DNA of 64,000 nucleotides, taken from an uncultured Acidobacteriota bacterium. GTDB taxonomy: Bacteria > Acidobacteriota > UBA6911. A model generated the notes under the pieces. It was not told the DNA's origin. It worked only from the letters and a program-made list of their open reading frames with translations, and did not search any database. Shown here in pieces: positions 9,970-20,672 of this stretch; position 1 is the stretch's first letter; every line of letters begins with the position of its first letter. The stretch is from the NCBI GenBank assembly GCA_963809485.1, contig CAWEJX010000001.1:416001-480000 (forward strand), read 5' to 3'. The position numbers and the translations under genes are program-made.

Positions 9970-11496
9970 ATGAAAGACTTCAGGCTTTTAGAACCTCTTG
10001 ATTACCTCAAGATTCCATGGAAGCGGCGGTGGTATTTCCTCGCGGCCATGATCTGTGTGATCGCTGGAGTATTAATCTTTGCATGGTTTAGGCCCAACAT
10101 CTACCGGTCCGAGACTCGAATCGTCGTGGAATCAGCGACTCTTCTCGACGATCCTCTCTCACCTGCTACAACCAGGGACAGAACAGAGGAGCGAGTAAAT
10201 TCGATTCGGCAGCTGCTGGAAAGCCGCAAGATTCTGGGCAGAATCATCGACGAGTTCCGTGCCAGAGCTGCCGATACCAGTCTCCCGCTGGAGGATGCTC
10301 TGAAAAATATTCGTCGCCGTCTTGAAGTTTCAAAAGCTATTGGCGGTACGTTCTCGATGGCCTACAGCGACTCTGATCCTCAGGTAGCGAGGGATATCAC
10401 GCAGCGTTTGGCGAACCTCCTTATCCAGGAAAACCAGTTGGCACAGCGAAACAAAGCTTTGGACAAAGATCAATTCATGGAACAGGAATTGAGACAGGCA
10501 GAGATGGAATTAGTTGCCATCGATGACAGAATCAAGCAGTTCAAAGCAAGCCATCTTGGCGAGCTGCCCGAACAGGCTACTGCCAATATGAATGCGCTCA
10601 ATAGCCTTCATAATCAGCTCATCGCTGTCGATAATGCCCTGGATAGAGCCAGAGATCAGCAAAAAACCGTAGAGTTCCGTGTACAGGAACAGCGCAGGAT
10701 GGTTACTTTGGCAAAAAGCATCACGCCCAAGGAAAAACCTGTCCCGTTGGAGCCCCGGGGCCAGAAATCGCCTCTGCCGTATGAGTCGCTACTGGCTTCA
10801 AAGCGTGCTCAGCTGGCTGAAGCATCCGCAAGGTTTACACCCAAACATCCGGATGTAATAAGGCTCGCCAATGAGGTTGCAGATTTGGAACGGCAGGTCG
10901 CAAAGAGCCGTAGTGACGATGCAGAGGGAGGTCCATCCAAAATGGACATGCCGCAAACGGCATCAGGTGGTCAGCCGGAGATGGAGACAAACGATGAACC
11001 CCGCATATCCGATATGGAAATCAATGCGGAAGCGGAGATAGCCCAGGCCAAATACGAGCTGGATATGCTAGGCAAAACAATTTCCAGGAGGGAGAAAGAA
11101 CGCGAAGATATCCTGAAGAGCATTAGCGTTTATCAAAACCGACTAAACCTCGCCCCGGCTCTGGAACAGGAATTGCTGGCATTGACCCGAGAGCACGAAA
11201 CCAAGAAACAGCAGGTAGCTAACCTGGGAACGCGCAAATTCAACTCGCAAATGGCAGCCAATGCTCTGGCCGACAAAAAGAACGATACTTACCGAATCCT
11301 CGATGAAGCAAGTCTGCCGGAGCGGCCTTTATTCCCAACAAGGTTGCACATCATTTTGATGGGTATCGCGGCAAGCCTGCTCGTCGGATTCGCCGCAGCC
11401 TTTGTGAGAGAATACTTCGAGTCGTCGCTGGCCAATGAGGAAGAGGCCGCAGCCGTGCTGAATTTGCCGGTTCTGGCGAGCATACCAGAAATATAA
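9970..11496 (+). CDS. Polysaccharide chain-length determinant (GumC/Wzc transmembrane activator)
   Basis: Two TM helices flanking a long coiled coil; HPDV motif; LPVLASIP end. Confidence 0.85.
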   Translation: MKDFRLLEPLDYLKIPWKRRWYFLAAMICVIAGVLIFAWFRPNIYRSETRIVVESATLLDDPLSPATTRDRTEERVNSIRQLLESRKILGRIIDEFRARAADTSLPLEDALKNIRRRLEVSKAIGGTFSMAYSDSDPQVARDITQRLANLLIQENQLAQRNKALDKDQFMEQELRQAEMELVAIDDRIKQFKASHLGELPEQATANMNALNSLHNQLIAVDNALDRARDQQKTVEFRVQEQRRMVTLAKSITPKEKPVPLEPRGQKSPLPYESLLASKRAQLAEASARFTPKHPDVIRLANEVADLERQVAKSRSDDAEGGPSKMDMPQTASGGQPEMETNDEPRISDMEINAEAEIAQAKYELDMLGKTISRREKEREDILKSISVYQNRLNLAPALEQELLALTREHETKKQQVANLGTRKFNSQMAANALADKKNDTYRILDEASLPERPLFPTRLHIILMGIAASLLVGFAAAFVREYFESSLANEEEAAAVLNLPVLASIPEI

Positions 11497-11557
11497 TGAG
11501 CTCCCATGCCAGATCCGGCCGGCAAATGTCCGGAATCGGGACTAAGGAACAGGAAAA

Positions 11558-12427
11558 ATGAGCGAATTATTCAAGTGGCTGAGCAAAGCCGAAGCAAAAA
11601 GCCCGGGGATTCAGCAGGCCCAGGTGCTGAAGGGTGATTTTCGTGCAGCCGCAGCCTATGAGCCAGAATCATCCCTGGACATTGCTCCCGTCCAGGCGGC
11701 TTTGCCCAGCTGGACAAAATTTAATCTGGACATCGCGGATCCTAAGATCAAAGCCGTACTCGACCCTCAAACCCTGCCGGGAGAGCAGTTCCGTTTTCTT
11801 CGCACCCGCCTGGCTCAATTGCAGCATAAACAGGGGTTAAAAAATCTGCTGGTAACCAGCAGCGTTCCCGGAGAAGGAAAAACATTCATTTCCTGCTGCC
11901 TTGCGGGAATACTCGCCCAGGAGCCAGGCAAAAGGGTGCTCCTCGTTGACGCTGATTTCCACAGGCCAAGAACAGCCCAGAACCTTGGAATTGAGATTGG
12001 GAACGAGCTCCCCGGATTATCCCAAGTCCTTCAGGGCTCTCACAAACTGGAAGATGTTTTGCTTTGTTCCTCCAACAATGACTTTTTCTACCTTCCAGCC
12101 GGTCCAACTCCAGGAAATCCGTCAGAGTTGCTGGCGTCCTTCAACCTTGAGCGGGTCACTCAGGAAATGTCAGCCCTTTTCGATTGGATCATAATTGACT
12201 CACCGCCTGTGCTCACCATTGCAGACTCGATAAGAATGGCAACTCTCTGCGATTCCGTGCTCATGGTAGTTCTTGCCAATAAATCTCCTTCAAAGCTAAT
12301 CCAGAAAGCAATTCAGATGCTTGGGAAAAGCCATATTTGCGGAATTGTCTTAAACAGGGTGCCGGCCACACGCTCTTCTCACTACTATTACCATTACTAC
12401 ACGGAAAACGGTTACAGGGTGAAATAG
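11558..12427 (+). CDS. CpsD/CapB-family tyrosine autokinase
   Basis: Walker A GEGKT, VDAD, IIDSPP and C-terminal Tyr cluster HYYYHYY. Confidence 0.92.
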   Translation: MSELFKWLSKAEAKSPGIQQAQVLKGDFRAAAAYEPESSLDIAPVQAALPSWTKFNLDIADPKIKAVLDPQTLPGEQFRFLRTRLAQLQHKQGLKNLLVTSSVPGEGKTFISCCLAGILAQEPGKRVLLVDADFHRPRTAQNLGIEIGNELPGLSQVLQGSHKLEDVLLCSSNNDFFYLPAGPTPGNPSELLASFNLERVTQEMSALFDWIIIDSPPVLTIADSIRMATLCDSVLMVVLANKSPSKLIQKAIQMLGKSHICGIVLNRVPATRSSHYYYHYYTENGYRVK

Positions 12428-12511
12428 AACGTATGCCTGTTCCGCGGAATAGAACATAAAAACGGCAAGACCAAAAAGATATTTCCAGCAGTCGGCAGGG
12501 GATAGCGAAAA

Positions 12512-13810
12512 ATGAAGATTGGCAGACTTAAAATGATGCTGGCGGCCTTCTGCATGGTTTGGCCGTTATTGGATGCGGAAGCGCAAACAGAACAACAGAC
12601 CCGAGAGCCCTCCAAAGGTTTTAGTCAACAAGAGCCCGAGCCTAGCATCAGTCGAAGACTTTCGAGCAGTGCCGCCAGGGATAGGAGAAATAAATACGGA
12701 TTTTCGCTGGGAATTCTTGGAATATATGACAGCAATCTGTTCGGCAGCAGCCCCAAAGAAGGACTGTGGGCCGTCGCTCCTTCGCCACGGGCTTATATAA
12801 ATCTGGGGTCGCGCAAATCTCTGCTGCATCTCGATTACCGGCTGCTCTATCGCCTTTATCCTTCACGACGGGACCTGGATGGTGCCAACCATGAAGGCTC
12901 CTTCGAATACGCCTACAAAATATCAAGGCGCACCTCTTTTTCCCTCACGGATTACGTGCGGTCAGGCCCAAACGACATCCTCTCATTTACGGGAGAAGGA
13001 CTTATTCCAGGAAATCCGGACTACCAGCAGGTATTTTTCGACTCTCAGCACACGCTAAACAATACGTTAGCCAGCAGGCTGACTTATCGGCCGACGCCCA
13101 AGCACAATCTTCAGATTTCCGGATATTACCAGGCTTACCGATATCGTGATGATCCGACTCAAGATACAGACTCAGTCCAAGCCTCGTTTACCGAAGAATA
13201 CCGATTCTCGAAGCGATGGTCGCTTGTAGGAGAAATAGCCAATGAGTGGATTGAATCGGCCGAAGAATCAAGAGACGGGACAATCCAGCGCTTTAGAGGA
13301 GGACTGGCATTTCGACCTGGGCAAAATTGGAAATTGGAGGCCAGAGCTGGTGCCGAGCGAGTGGATAGGGATTTCGCAAACGGTTATGAACCGAGCTATG
13401 AAGTTGGACTTACCAGGGAAACCAAGCTAAATAGGCTCGATATTCGTTACAGCAGGGAATCGAGATTCCAAATCGGGCTGCCCGATCTCAACCGTTATCA
13501 CAGATTTACGGGATATTTTGACCAACGCCTAAGCTCACAAATTTCCCTGCACTTGCTTTCCAGATATTATCGCACTGAAACCAGCACATATGGTGATGTG
13601 GAAACGCTGGGGGGAGGAGCCGGATTCGATTTTGCGCTGCACCGAAGCCTCGTTGCTTCAGTTTTTGGACATTACGTTTACCAGCGGTCCGGTTCGCCCA
13701 TTTCCAGTCAATATTTAAACTCAGACCGATATATGTTTATCGGGGGGCTAACCTATATATTCCCGTCAGCCCGGCGAGAGCGTGATGCTCCGGTGAGCTG
13801 GGGACGCTAA
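12512..13810 (+). CDS. Outer-membrane beta-barrel protein of EPS locus
   Basis: Signal peptide; YDSN motif; alternating aromatic beta strands; position after the kinase gene. Confidence 0.7.
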   Translation: MKIGRLKMMLAAFCMVWPLLDAEAQTEQQTREPSKGFSQQEPEPSISRRLSSSAARDRRNKYGFSLGILGIYDSNLFGSSPKEGLWAVAPSPRAYINLGSRKSLLHLDYRLLYRLYPSRRDLDGANHEGSFEYAYKISRRTSFSLTDYVRSGPNDILSFTGEGLIPGNPDYQQVFFDSQHTLNNTLASRLTYRPTPKHNLQISGYYQAYRYRDDPTQDTDSVQASFTEEYRFSKRWSLVGEIANEWIESAEESRDGTIQRFRGGLAFRPGQNWKLEARAGAERVDRDFANGYEPSYEVGLTRETKLNRLDIRYSRESRFQIGLPDLNRYHRFTGYFDQRLSSQISLHLLSRYYRTETSTYGDVETLGGGAGFDFALHRSLVASVFGHYVYQRSGSPISSQYLNSDRYMFIGGLTYIFPSARRERDAPVSWGR

Positions 13811-14024
13811 GCTCCGGTGGGCTTGGCTCAACATGGCCCGATAGCCTGTCTCATCATTGCCCTAACAGATAAAATTACAGCCTGAATGTTTTGTGCTTCA
13901 AAGCCTCCAATAGACACGCAAATCTCGCGCCGACATCCCATGAATCATCTCTCCTGCCAAGAGTTGCAGATAAGAGTTATGTAGCTCGCGTTTGTGTTTC
14001 AAAAATCCGCATTCAACAGACAGG

Positions 14025-14143
14025 TGTCGTGATACTTTACACATTTGCTTCAGGCTACTTAAGTATCAATTAATCAACAATTTGCACCAATTTTTTTGCG
14101 AAGATCTCTGATGATTATTGCAGCATTGTAAAAGAAGCTTACA
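14025..14143 (+). promoter_or_regulatory. Two TGT-N11-ACA enhancer boxes (PEP-CTERM box type) with an intervening IHF-consensus site
   Basis: TGTCGTGATACTTTACA 14025-14041; TGTAAAAGAAGCTTACA 14127-14143; AATCAACAATTTG 14072-14084. Confidence 0.65.
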
Positions 14144-14253
14144 GCCTCGGGATACTTACGGAAGCCGAGTTGTTATGACATCCACTCAAAGTACAGCGCT
14201 AAATGCAAATAAATCAGCTATTAAGCGCAGATCTTCAGGTTGCGTTCAGTAAC

Positions 14254-14268
14254 TGGCATGGATATTGC
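14254..14268 (+). promoter_or_regulatory. Sigma-54 -24/-12 promoter
   Basis: TGGCATGGATATTGC with GG-N10-GC spacing, 65 bp before the PEP-CTERM gene. Confidence 0.8.
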
Positions 14269-14333
14269 GTTATTTTGGCCAGAAGGCGGCAAAAATGAGA
14301 AATCTTAGATCTTGCAATAAAGGAGTGAATATC

Positions 14334-15041
14334 ATGATTAAAAAGCTTGGATCCGTGACATTGATACTGCTGGCTGTGGTTTTTGTCGCATCCTATGCGA
14401 AAGCGGATTCGTTCGGAGTTGGAGACTTTATTGCCCATACCGGCAATAATGCGGTTGCTCCTGGCGGAGTTACGGGCGGAGAACACCTAATTAGTCCAAC
14501 GCCTCCCTATTACGTCAATTTAAGCACCGCGATCTCGACTTTCTGCGTTTCTCTCGAAGAAGATGCGGCATCCACCATGTATATCGGCGACATTACAACG
14601 TTCATCGGCCCCGACAATAAGGCTCTAACGCCAGAGGTGGCCTACTTGTACACACAATTCAGGAATGGCTCCCTTGACGGATATGATTTTGACGGGCCGA
14701 CACGTCCTGAAACTGCAGAGGCGCTCCAGTTTGCCATCTGGTATCTTCTGGATGAATTGACCTGGGGCAGCGTAATAGACCATTCAAATGAAACTATCGT
14801 TCAGCATTTTCTGGATGTTGCAGATGCAGCAATCATTTCTGGGGAATGGGCTGGCTTAGGGAATGTCCGCGTTTTGAATCTTTATCGTCAATCGGATTTC
14901 GGACAAACACCCTATGACCCTGCTTATTATGACACCAGAGCCCAGGACCTGCTGACGATCGTTCCGGAGCCTACATCCCTCCTGCTGTTGGGAACCGGTA
15001 TCGCATTGCTCGCGGGATTTGCGCGTTACAGGAAAAGCTAG
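14334..15041 (+). CDS. PEP-CTERM sorting-domain protein, possible thioester domain
   Basis: AAGGAG RBS; signal peptide; VPEPTSLLLLGTG-TM-RYRK; TFCV and LQFAIW motifs. Confidence 0.9.
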   Translation: MIKKLGSVTLILLAVVFVASYAKADSFGVGDFIAHTGNNAVAPGGVTGGEHLISPTPPYYVNLSTAISTFCVSLEEDAASTMYIGDITTFIGPDNKALTPEVAYLYTQFRNGSLDGYDFDGPTRPETAEALQFAIWYLLDELTWGSVIDHSNETIVQHFLDVADAAIISGEWAGLGNVRVLNLYRQSDFGQTPYDPAYYDTRAQDLLTIVPEPTSLLLLGTGIALLAGFARYRKS

Positions 15042-15073
15042 TTTGCGCTATATCCCATATTTATAAACCAAAG

Positions 15074-15105
15074 GCCCAATCCCTATTGAGGATTGGGCTT
15101 TTTTT
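15074..15105 (+). terminator. Rho-independent terminator
   Basis: GCCCAATCC-loop-GGATTGGGC followed by T7. Confidence 0.85.
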
Positions 15106-15528
15106 CCCCCCAGGCTTCCCTTCACCAGCAAGTCCTCAGCTTTCGTCTACGTATTCCGGAGAAGAATCTCAAGCAACGATCCCAGAAGGCTGATTGTGTA
15201 GCATGGTCGGACACTGTATTCGGCAAAGCCAAAGGCCGCTCTCGAATCTTAACTGCTATTCTCTTTGATCAATTCGAAAATTTCCGGGGGGGGGGGAACC
15301 CACAAACCGCGATGCTGATATGGAGATACAACTGTCCCCGGATTCTTCGCAACGGTTTTCCACGATTCGCTTACCAGGTCCATCCCGTTTTCCATGCAGC
15401 GCTCGCAGGACAGGGATTTATAGTTTGAGGCAATGGATAATGACGTTCGCCGCTTCTACCAATATAGCGAATCACACAATATTCTCATGGCAGTTTAAGG
15501 TGTTATAGAATCTCACCTGGCCAGATCC

Positions 15529-16566
15529 ATGACAGATGAATTGCCCCGATTGACCGTTGTCATTCCAGCGTGCAACGAAGGACGCTACATCTCCAGGACA
15601 ATCCAGTATCTTTTAAATCAGGACTACCCTTCCGACCGGTTCGAATTGCTGGTCGGGATTGCGGACTCGACTGATCAAACTGAGGAAGTGGTAAAAAAGA
15701 TAGCCGCCGGCGAGTCCAGGGTAAAATGGTTCCACAATCCATATAGGTTGTCTTCGGGCGCCCGAACGCTGGGGGCACAAATGGCAGCCGGTGAAATAAT
15801 CATTTTTATTGACGGACACGTCTATATCGACAACAGGCAATTGTTCCGCAATACGGTCCGTCTCATGAGGGAAAAACACGTTTCTGTCTTGAGTCGGCCG
15901 CAACTGCTGGATACGCCCGACAACAGCTTTCTGCAAAGGGCGATCTCCCTGGCACGCGGTTCAGCGCTGGGGCATGCGAGGGACTCGACCATATATCTAA
16001 AAAGTGAAGGATATGTCTCGCCTACCAGCTCGGGGGGCAGCTATTGCAGGCAAGTGTTCGAAAAAGTGGGATATTTTGACCTATCCTTTGATGCTTGCGA
16101 GGATGTCGATTTTAATTATCGCTGCGGCAAAGCCGGCTTCCGATCCTACATCTCGCAGGACCTTGCCGTTTATTATTATCCCCGTTCCTCCCTACGGTCG
16201 CTCTTCCGGCAGATGGTGCGCTATGGTGCGGGACGTTACGGGTTGGCCCGCAAGCACCCCGGCACTCTCTCCTTTGGCGCCCTGATCCCCTTTTTTTTGA
16301 CTGCGGGTCTGCCGTTTCTTGGAATGCTTTGCCTTATCTGGCCGATGCTGCTGTTTCCCCTGGGCTTTCTGGCCGTCATGTATGCTCTTTTAGTCCTGCT
16401 ATTTTCGCTTTCATTGGCTGCCGGGCACGGCTGGGCGTTTCTTCCTGCACTTTGTGCAATCTTTCCGGCAATCCACTTGGGACTCGGCTGGGGTTTCATG
16501 AGGCAGCTCTGCGCTTCCTTGTTTAAACCTGGCAAAATAAAAGCCATTTTAGGGACCGTTGCCTGA
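15529..16566 (+). CDS. Glycosyltransferase family 2 (ExoA-like, C-terminal TM helices)
   Basis: VVIPACNE, FIDGH, CEDVDFNYR, YYPR motifs. Confidence 0.85.
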   Translation: MTDELPRLTVVIPACNEGRYISRTIQYLLNQDYPSDRFELLVGIADSTDQTEEVVKKIAAGESRVKWFHNPYRLSSGARTLGAQMAAGEIIIFIDGHVYIDNRQLFRNTVRLMREKHVSVLSRPQLLDTPDNSFLQRAISLARGSALGHARDSTIYLKSEGYVSPTSSGGSYCRQVFEKVGYFDLSFDACEDVDFNYRCGKAGFRSYISQDLAVYYYPRSSLRSLFRQMVRYGAGRYGLARKHPGTLSFGALIPFFLTAGLPFLGMLCLIWPMLLFPLGFLAVMYALLVLLFSLSLAAGHGWAFLPALCAIFPAIHLGLGWGFMRQLCASLFKPGKIKAILGTVA

Positions 16567-16832
16567 TCCTTTGATCCCAACTGCCCGAAGAAAAATCCGG
16601 CTGTTTTCTGATGTTCCTTCCGCGATCCGACCCAAAGGTGACTTCCTATAAGTCAGACAAGCCACCCGAAGCAAGGCAGATGGTCTATACCGTTGCCCTC
16701 CCATTTGCTTTGGAATCCGATTTAGCATAAATTGCCCGATCGGATGAGAGAGGCGCCGGTGAATTTTCTTACAGTTGTCTCTGCATTGTTACGATAGTAG
16801 ATTTGAGGCGAAACGCGAGAAGAAAGCCGATT

Positions 16833-17693
16833 ATGCTGAATGCTTTGACCGTTGATGTTGAGGAATATTTCCAGGTTGAAGCATTTGCTGAAAGGATTGC
16901 GCAGAGCTCATGGGGATCCTTTGAGTCGCGTATCGAGCGGAATGTGGATCGCATCCTCCACCTTTTCAACACTCACAACGTTACTGCCACGTTCTTCATA
17001 TTGGGGTGGGTGGCTGAAAATTTCCCGGGCCTGGTGCGATCGATCGCGGATGCCGGTCACGAAATCGGCTGCCACGGTTTCAACCACAGCCGCATACACC
17101 GGATGCCTCCCGAAAATTTTCGTCAGGATATCCGTAAAGCCCGGCAGCTTCTCACGGACATCGCCAAGAAGCCCGTTGCCTGTTACCGAGCGCCGAGCTT
17201 TTCAATAACAGAATCCACAATCTGGGCCCTGGATATTCTTGCCGAAGAAGGATTCGGGATCGACTCCTCAATCTTTCCAATAAGGCACGACCTTTACGGA
17301 ATTCCCGATGGAGAGCGGTTTCCGCACTGGAAAACCAGTCCAGGAGGATACCGGCTCTTCGAGTTCCCCCCTTCGACAATCCGCCGGGCTAATAACAATT
17401 GGGGAGTCGGAGGCGGCGGGTACCTGCGGTTTGCACCCTATGTTTTTACCCGCTGGGCGATCCGCCAGATCAATGAGCAGGATCGGCAGCCGGCCATGGT
17501 ATATTTTCATCCCTGGGAACTGGATCCCGGCCAGCCCAGAATCCCGGCCCCAATGCGCTCCCGGTTACGCCACTACACAAACTTGAGCGGCATGCAGAAC
17601 AAGGTCGAGCGTCTTCTGAAAGATTTCCGGTTCCAGACAGTATCCGCAGTCAGCAGCCTGTCGCAAGCTTTTCAATCCAGCCAAATTCGATAA
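16833..17693 (+). CDS. PEP-CTERM/XrtA-system polysaccharide deacetylase
   Basis: NALTVDVEEYFQV, HEIGCHG, YRAPSFS, GGGGYLR, YFHPWE motifs. Confidence 0.92.
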   Translation: MLNALTVDVEEYFQVEAFAERIAQSSWGSFESRIERNVDRILHLFNTHNVTATFFILGWVAENFPGLVRSIADAGHEIGCHGFNHSRIHRMPPENFRQDIRKARQLLTDIAKKPVACYRAPSFSITESTIWALDILAEEGFGIDSSIFPIRHDLYGIPDGERFPHWKTSPGGYRLFEFPPSTIRRANNNWGVGGGGYLRFAPYVFTRWAIRQINEQDRQPAMVYFHPWELDPGQPRIPAPMRSRLRHYTNLSGMQNKVERLLKDFRFQTVSAVSSLSQAFQSSQIR

Positions 17694-17951
17694 TCAAATC
17701 CATTTTTTACCGAACAATGCGGACCTTAAGAAGAAAAGTGTCCGATCCGGTGTTTCATCCTCCCACGGCCGGCAATAAATGAATTTGAGCTCGGATTGCC
17801 CGGGCCTTTTGGTTCTGATCCGCCGCGACTTCAAAGCCGGCGCACCCACATTGTCATCCATGGGGATGCTTTGGGGGGAAATTACTCCAAAACTGCGCTA
17901 TAATTTGGGAAAGATTTCAATCCGCGATCAAACAGTTTGGAGGTGACAAGT

Positions 17952-18611
17952 ATGGCCATAAAATCCGGTTCCATATTGGCACTTGCCATTTGTGTGTTTG
18001 TTGCCGGTGTACCCGTTGCAGTTGCCGACAGCATTCCCCACCTCGTCTGGTTTCCTGAAAACCACCCTTGGGCCACGGGATCCTATGGTTCCATGAACCA
18101 GATCGGAGGGGGTAAACTAGACAGAGAAACTCTGGTGACAGGCGAATTCAGTCTGGAAGGAACGGACCATCCCGCTGTAATCAGCTGGAAATATTGGGCA
18201 TACGGTGATTTCTGGGCAGGAAGCGGCTATAATCCCTGGGAGCGTGCCCAACTTGAATGGAAAGGTGCCGGTCTGATTTTATCGATTGATCCAGAAGAAT
18301 TCTGGATCGAAACCGACCCTCTCTTGCTGTGGACTCTGGATGAAATCTCCGGTGGATTGTCTTCCCCTGATTCCTGGCAGGATTTCCATGTGGAACCCCG
18401 TGAGGTTTATTTCACCATTCAGCCGGGATTTCGCTATGTGATGTTCCAGTACAACTGGTCCAAATTGAACTTTTGGGATCTCGGACATAGCCATGCTACG
18501 CTTGAGAGCAGCATCGAGCTGGTGCCCGAACCCCCCGTCTTCTTCCTCTTTGGCACCGGTCTTGCGTTAGTAGGATGGCTGGCATGGCGCAGGCGGGGCA
18601 GGAATTCATAA
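17952..18611 (+). CDS. PEP-CTERM sorting-domain protein
   Basis: GGAGGTG RBS; signal peptide; VPEP-TM-WRRR C-terminus. Confidence 0.85.
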   Translation: MAIKSGSILALAICVFVAGVPVAVADSIPHLVWFPENHPWATGSYGSMNQIGGGKLDRETLVTGEFSLEGTDHPAVISWKYWAYGDFWAGSGYNPWERAQLEWKGAGLILSIDPEEFWIETDPLLLWTLDEISGGLSSPDSWQDFHVEPREVYFTIQPGFRYVMFQYNWSKLNFWDLGHSHATLESSIELVPEPPVFFLFGTGLALVGWLAWRRRGRNS

Positions 18612-19001
18612 AAGCCATGCATTATCTAAAGCCTAAGTTCGGTTCAATGCTGAGGGAAGCTTTTTGTTTCTCCTGATATGCAAAAAGCTTGCGAAGGCTA
18701 CTTGCGGAATCCGGTCCTTCATGACCCCACGATCTAATCGGGACCGATGCTGGAAGGAGCAATTGCTGCGGCAGTTGGGGCTATTAGGCTCTTAACAGAA
18801 ACATCAAATTAGCATTGCTCTGAATCGGGCAAGGCACACCAGTGGCAAAGCTGTTCCATCCCATGGAGCAGCCTTGCCACCGCATTTCGACGACCAGATA
18901 TCAAATTCCCCGAATGGCATTCGGCAGTCTTGTGCTCTTTACCGGCGCCACTTTGACCATTCATTCGGGATTGGGTGAACAAGGAGTCAATTACCAAAAG
19001 T

Positions 19002-20211
19002 TTATTTCTGCTCCTTCGCCAATCGCTGCACAATCTCCTCGAGCATGACAATGCGCGCATCCAATTTGGCAATTTCGATGTCTTTAGTAGAAATGGCTTT
19101 CTCCTGTTGCACCGTGTAAAGAGTCAGTTCCTCGATTTTCTCCAGAAGCTTCAGCTGGAACTCACTTACATTCAGACCCTTGCTCTTTACCTCGTCGGCA
19201 GAGGGGATATTCGGCAGATGCTTCTCCTTAGCGATGAATTTCTCAAGTTCATCAATACGCATCAGCCTGTAACCCGGATCAAAAACATAGTCGGGCACAT
19301 AGGAACCCGAGATCCGTCCAGATGAGGTCTCCGTCTATCTGGACATCCCCGGCAACATGCAGAAGCGATTGCGGCGCGGTGGTTCCGATACCGACATTGC
19401 CGGTATTTAGGATGGACACTCTTTCCGAAGTGAGATCGCGGTCCAGGAATGCAAAGCGGCCATTTTGGCCGGTATCGGTGGCAACGAAAGCAATTGCACC
19501 ATATTCGACCTGGCTTCCGCCAACCCTTCCTCGGAATTGGACCTTGCCAAGATAGTCACCCGCTATTATATCTGCGGCAGGCCGAGCCCTTTCCAATAGA
19601 AATGTCGGCGCGAATGTGCGCGTGAAAGGATCGCTAGTGCCATAATATCTTCGCAATCTAGCTACCGCTTGAGTGCCTTCAACCGTCAGTTGCCGGTCTG
19701 GATTTGTGACACCGATCCCGACATTTGTCTCTGCCGTGGCGCCATTGATGCCATTGACTCCTCCGAGGACAAGGCTGTTGCTTCGGGTAACCTGCGAAAA
19801 CAAGCCAATCGCCGTGGCGTTGGTGATCCCGGCTGCGCCGTTGGTTGAAGCACCCAAAAAAGTATTGCCATGTTCCACGGTATTGGAGTAGCCGGAGGCC
19901 CAGCCGATAAACAAGTTATAGCCGCCTGTGGTGTTGAAAAGGCCGGCAGACTCTCCAAAAAATGAATTGGCAGAACCACCTGTATTGTAGTTGCCAGCAC
20001 CCGAGCCGAAAAATGAGTTTGCATCGCCACTTGTGTTGCCGCCGGCGTTGGCCCCAAAGAAGGAATTGCTGGTTCCATCATTCCCATCTCCGGCGTTATT
20101 ACCGAATGAAGTTATATCGGCAGTCTGAATCTCAGTCGCCTGAACCATCCCTGCGCCGGAAACCACTAGAAACATCGCAAAGACAATCACCGAAAACCAT
20201 AGGTGTTTCAT
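19002..20211 (-). pseudogene. Secreted tail-fibre-like repeat protein with C-terminal PDYVF/coiled-coil chaperone-type domain, split by one frameshift near 19305
   Basis: Signal peptide, NSFFGxxAG repeats and GNVGIGT motif in one frame; PDYVF..HLPNIPSA..LLEKIEELTLY in the adjacent frame. Confidence 0.75.
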
Positions 20212-20672
20212 TTATGCATTCCTCCAATTGATTAAGAGTCTCATTGTCAAACCTGAACCGCGAATACATTTCGTTCTCGAATGCCAATCCGCATCCGATG
20301 AAGATTTGAGGGCTCGCTGATTATAGCAGAGTTTAAACTACTAATAATCCACTGCCAAGGAGAAGGGGCATCCATCCAGTTCCGCTTCAACCGCCGTCTT
20401 CTATTGAGAGCGACGAAGACGGGGACAAAACCGTGCCGCATCGCTGGATAAAGGTTGCCTCTGTTCATGGACAGAAGCATGCAGGACCGCGAGGGCAAAA
20501 ACCTGCCCAAAGACCGGTCTCATGGAAATTAGCAGCGAAAAGCGCGCGACTGAAGTCTGCAGACAATCCGCTCCCAATAATACATATCGTAACTGCAAAT
20601 TGTATAGATTACACAAAAGGGATATTATTGGCGAAATCTTTGGATTCAAGGCGGTTAGCGGTGCTGGAAGTC

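Noticed and set aside
15093-15508. Short ORFs in the spacer after the first PEP-CTERM gene
   Set aside because: They start inside the terminator or lack an RBS, and have no protein-like motifs
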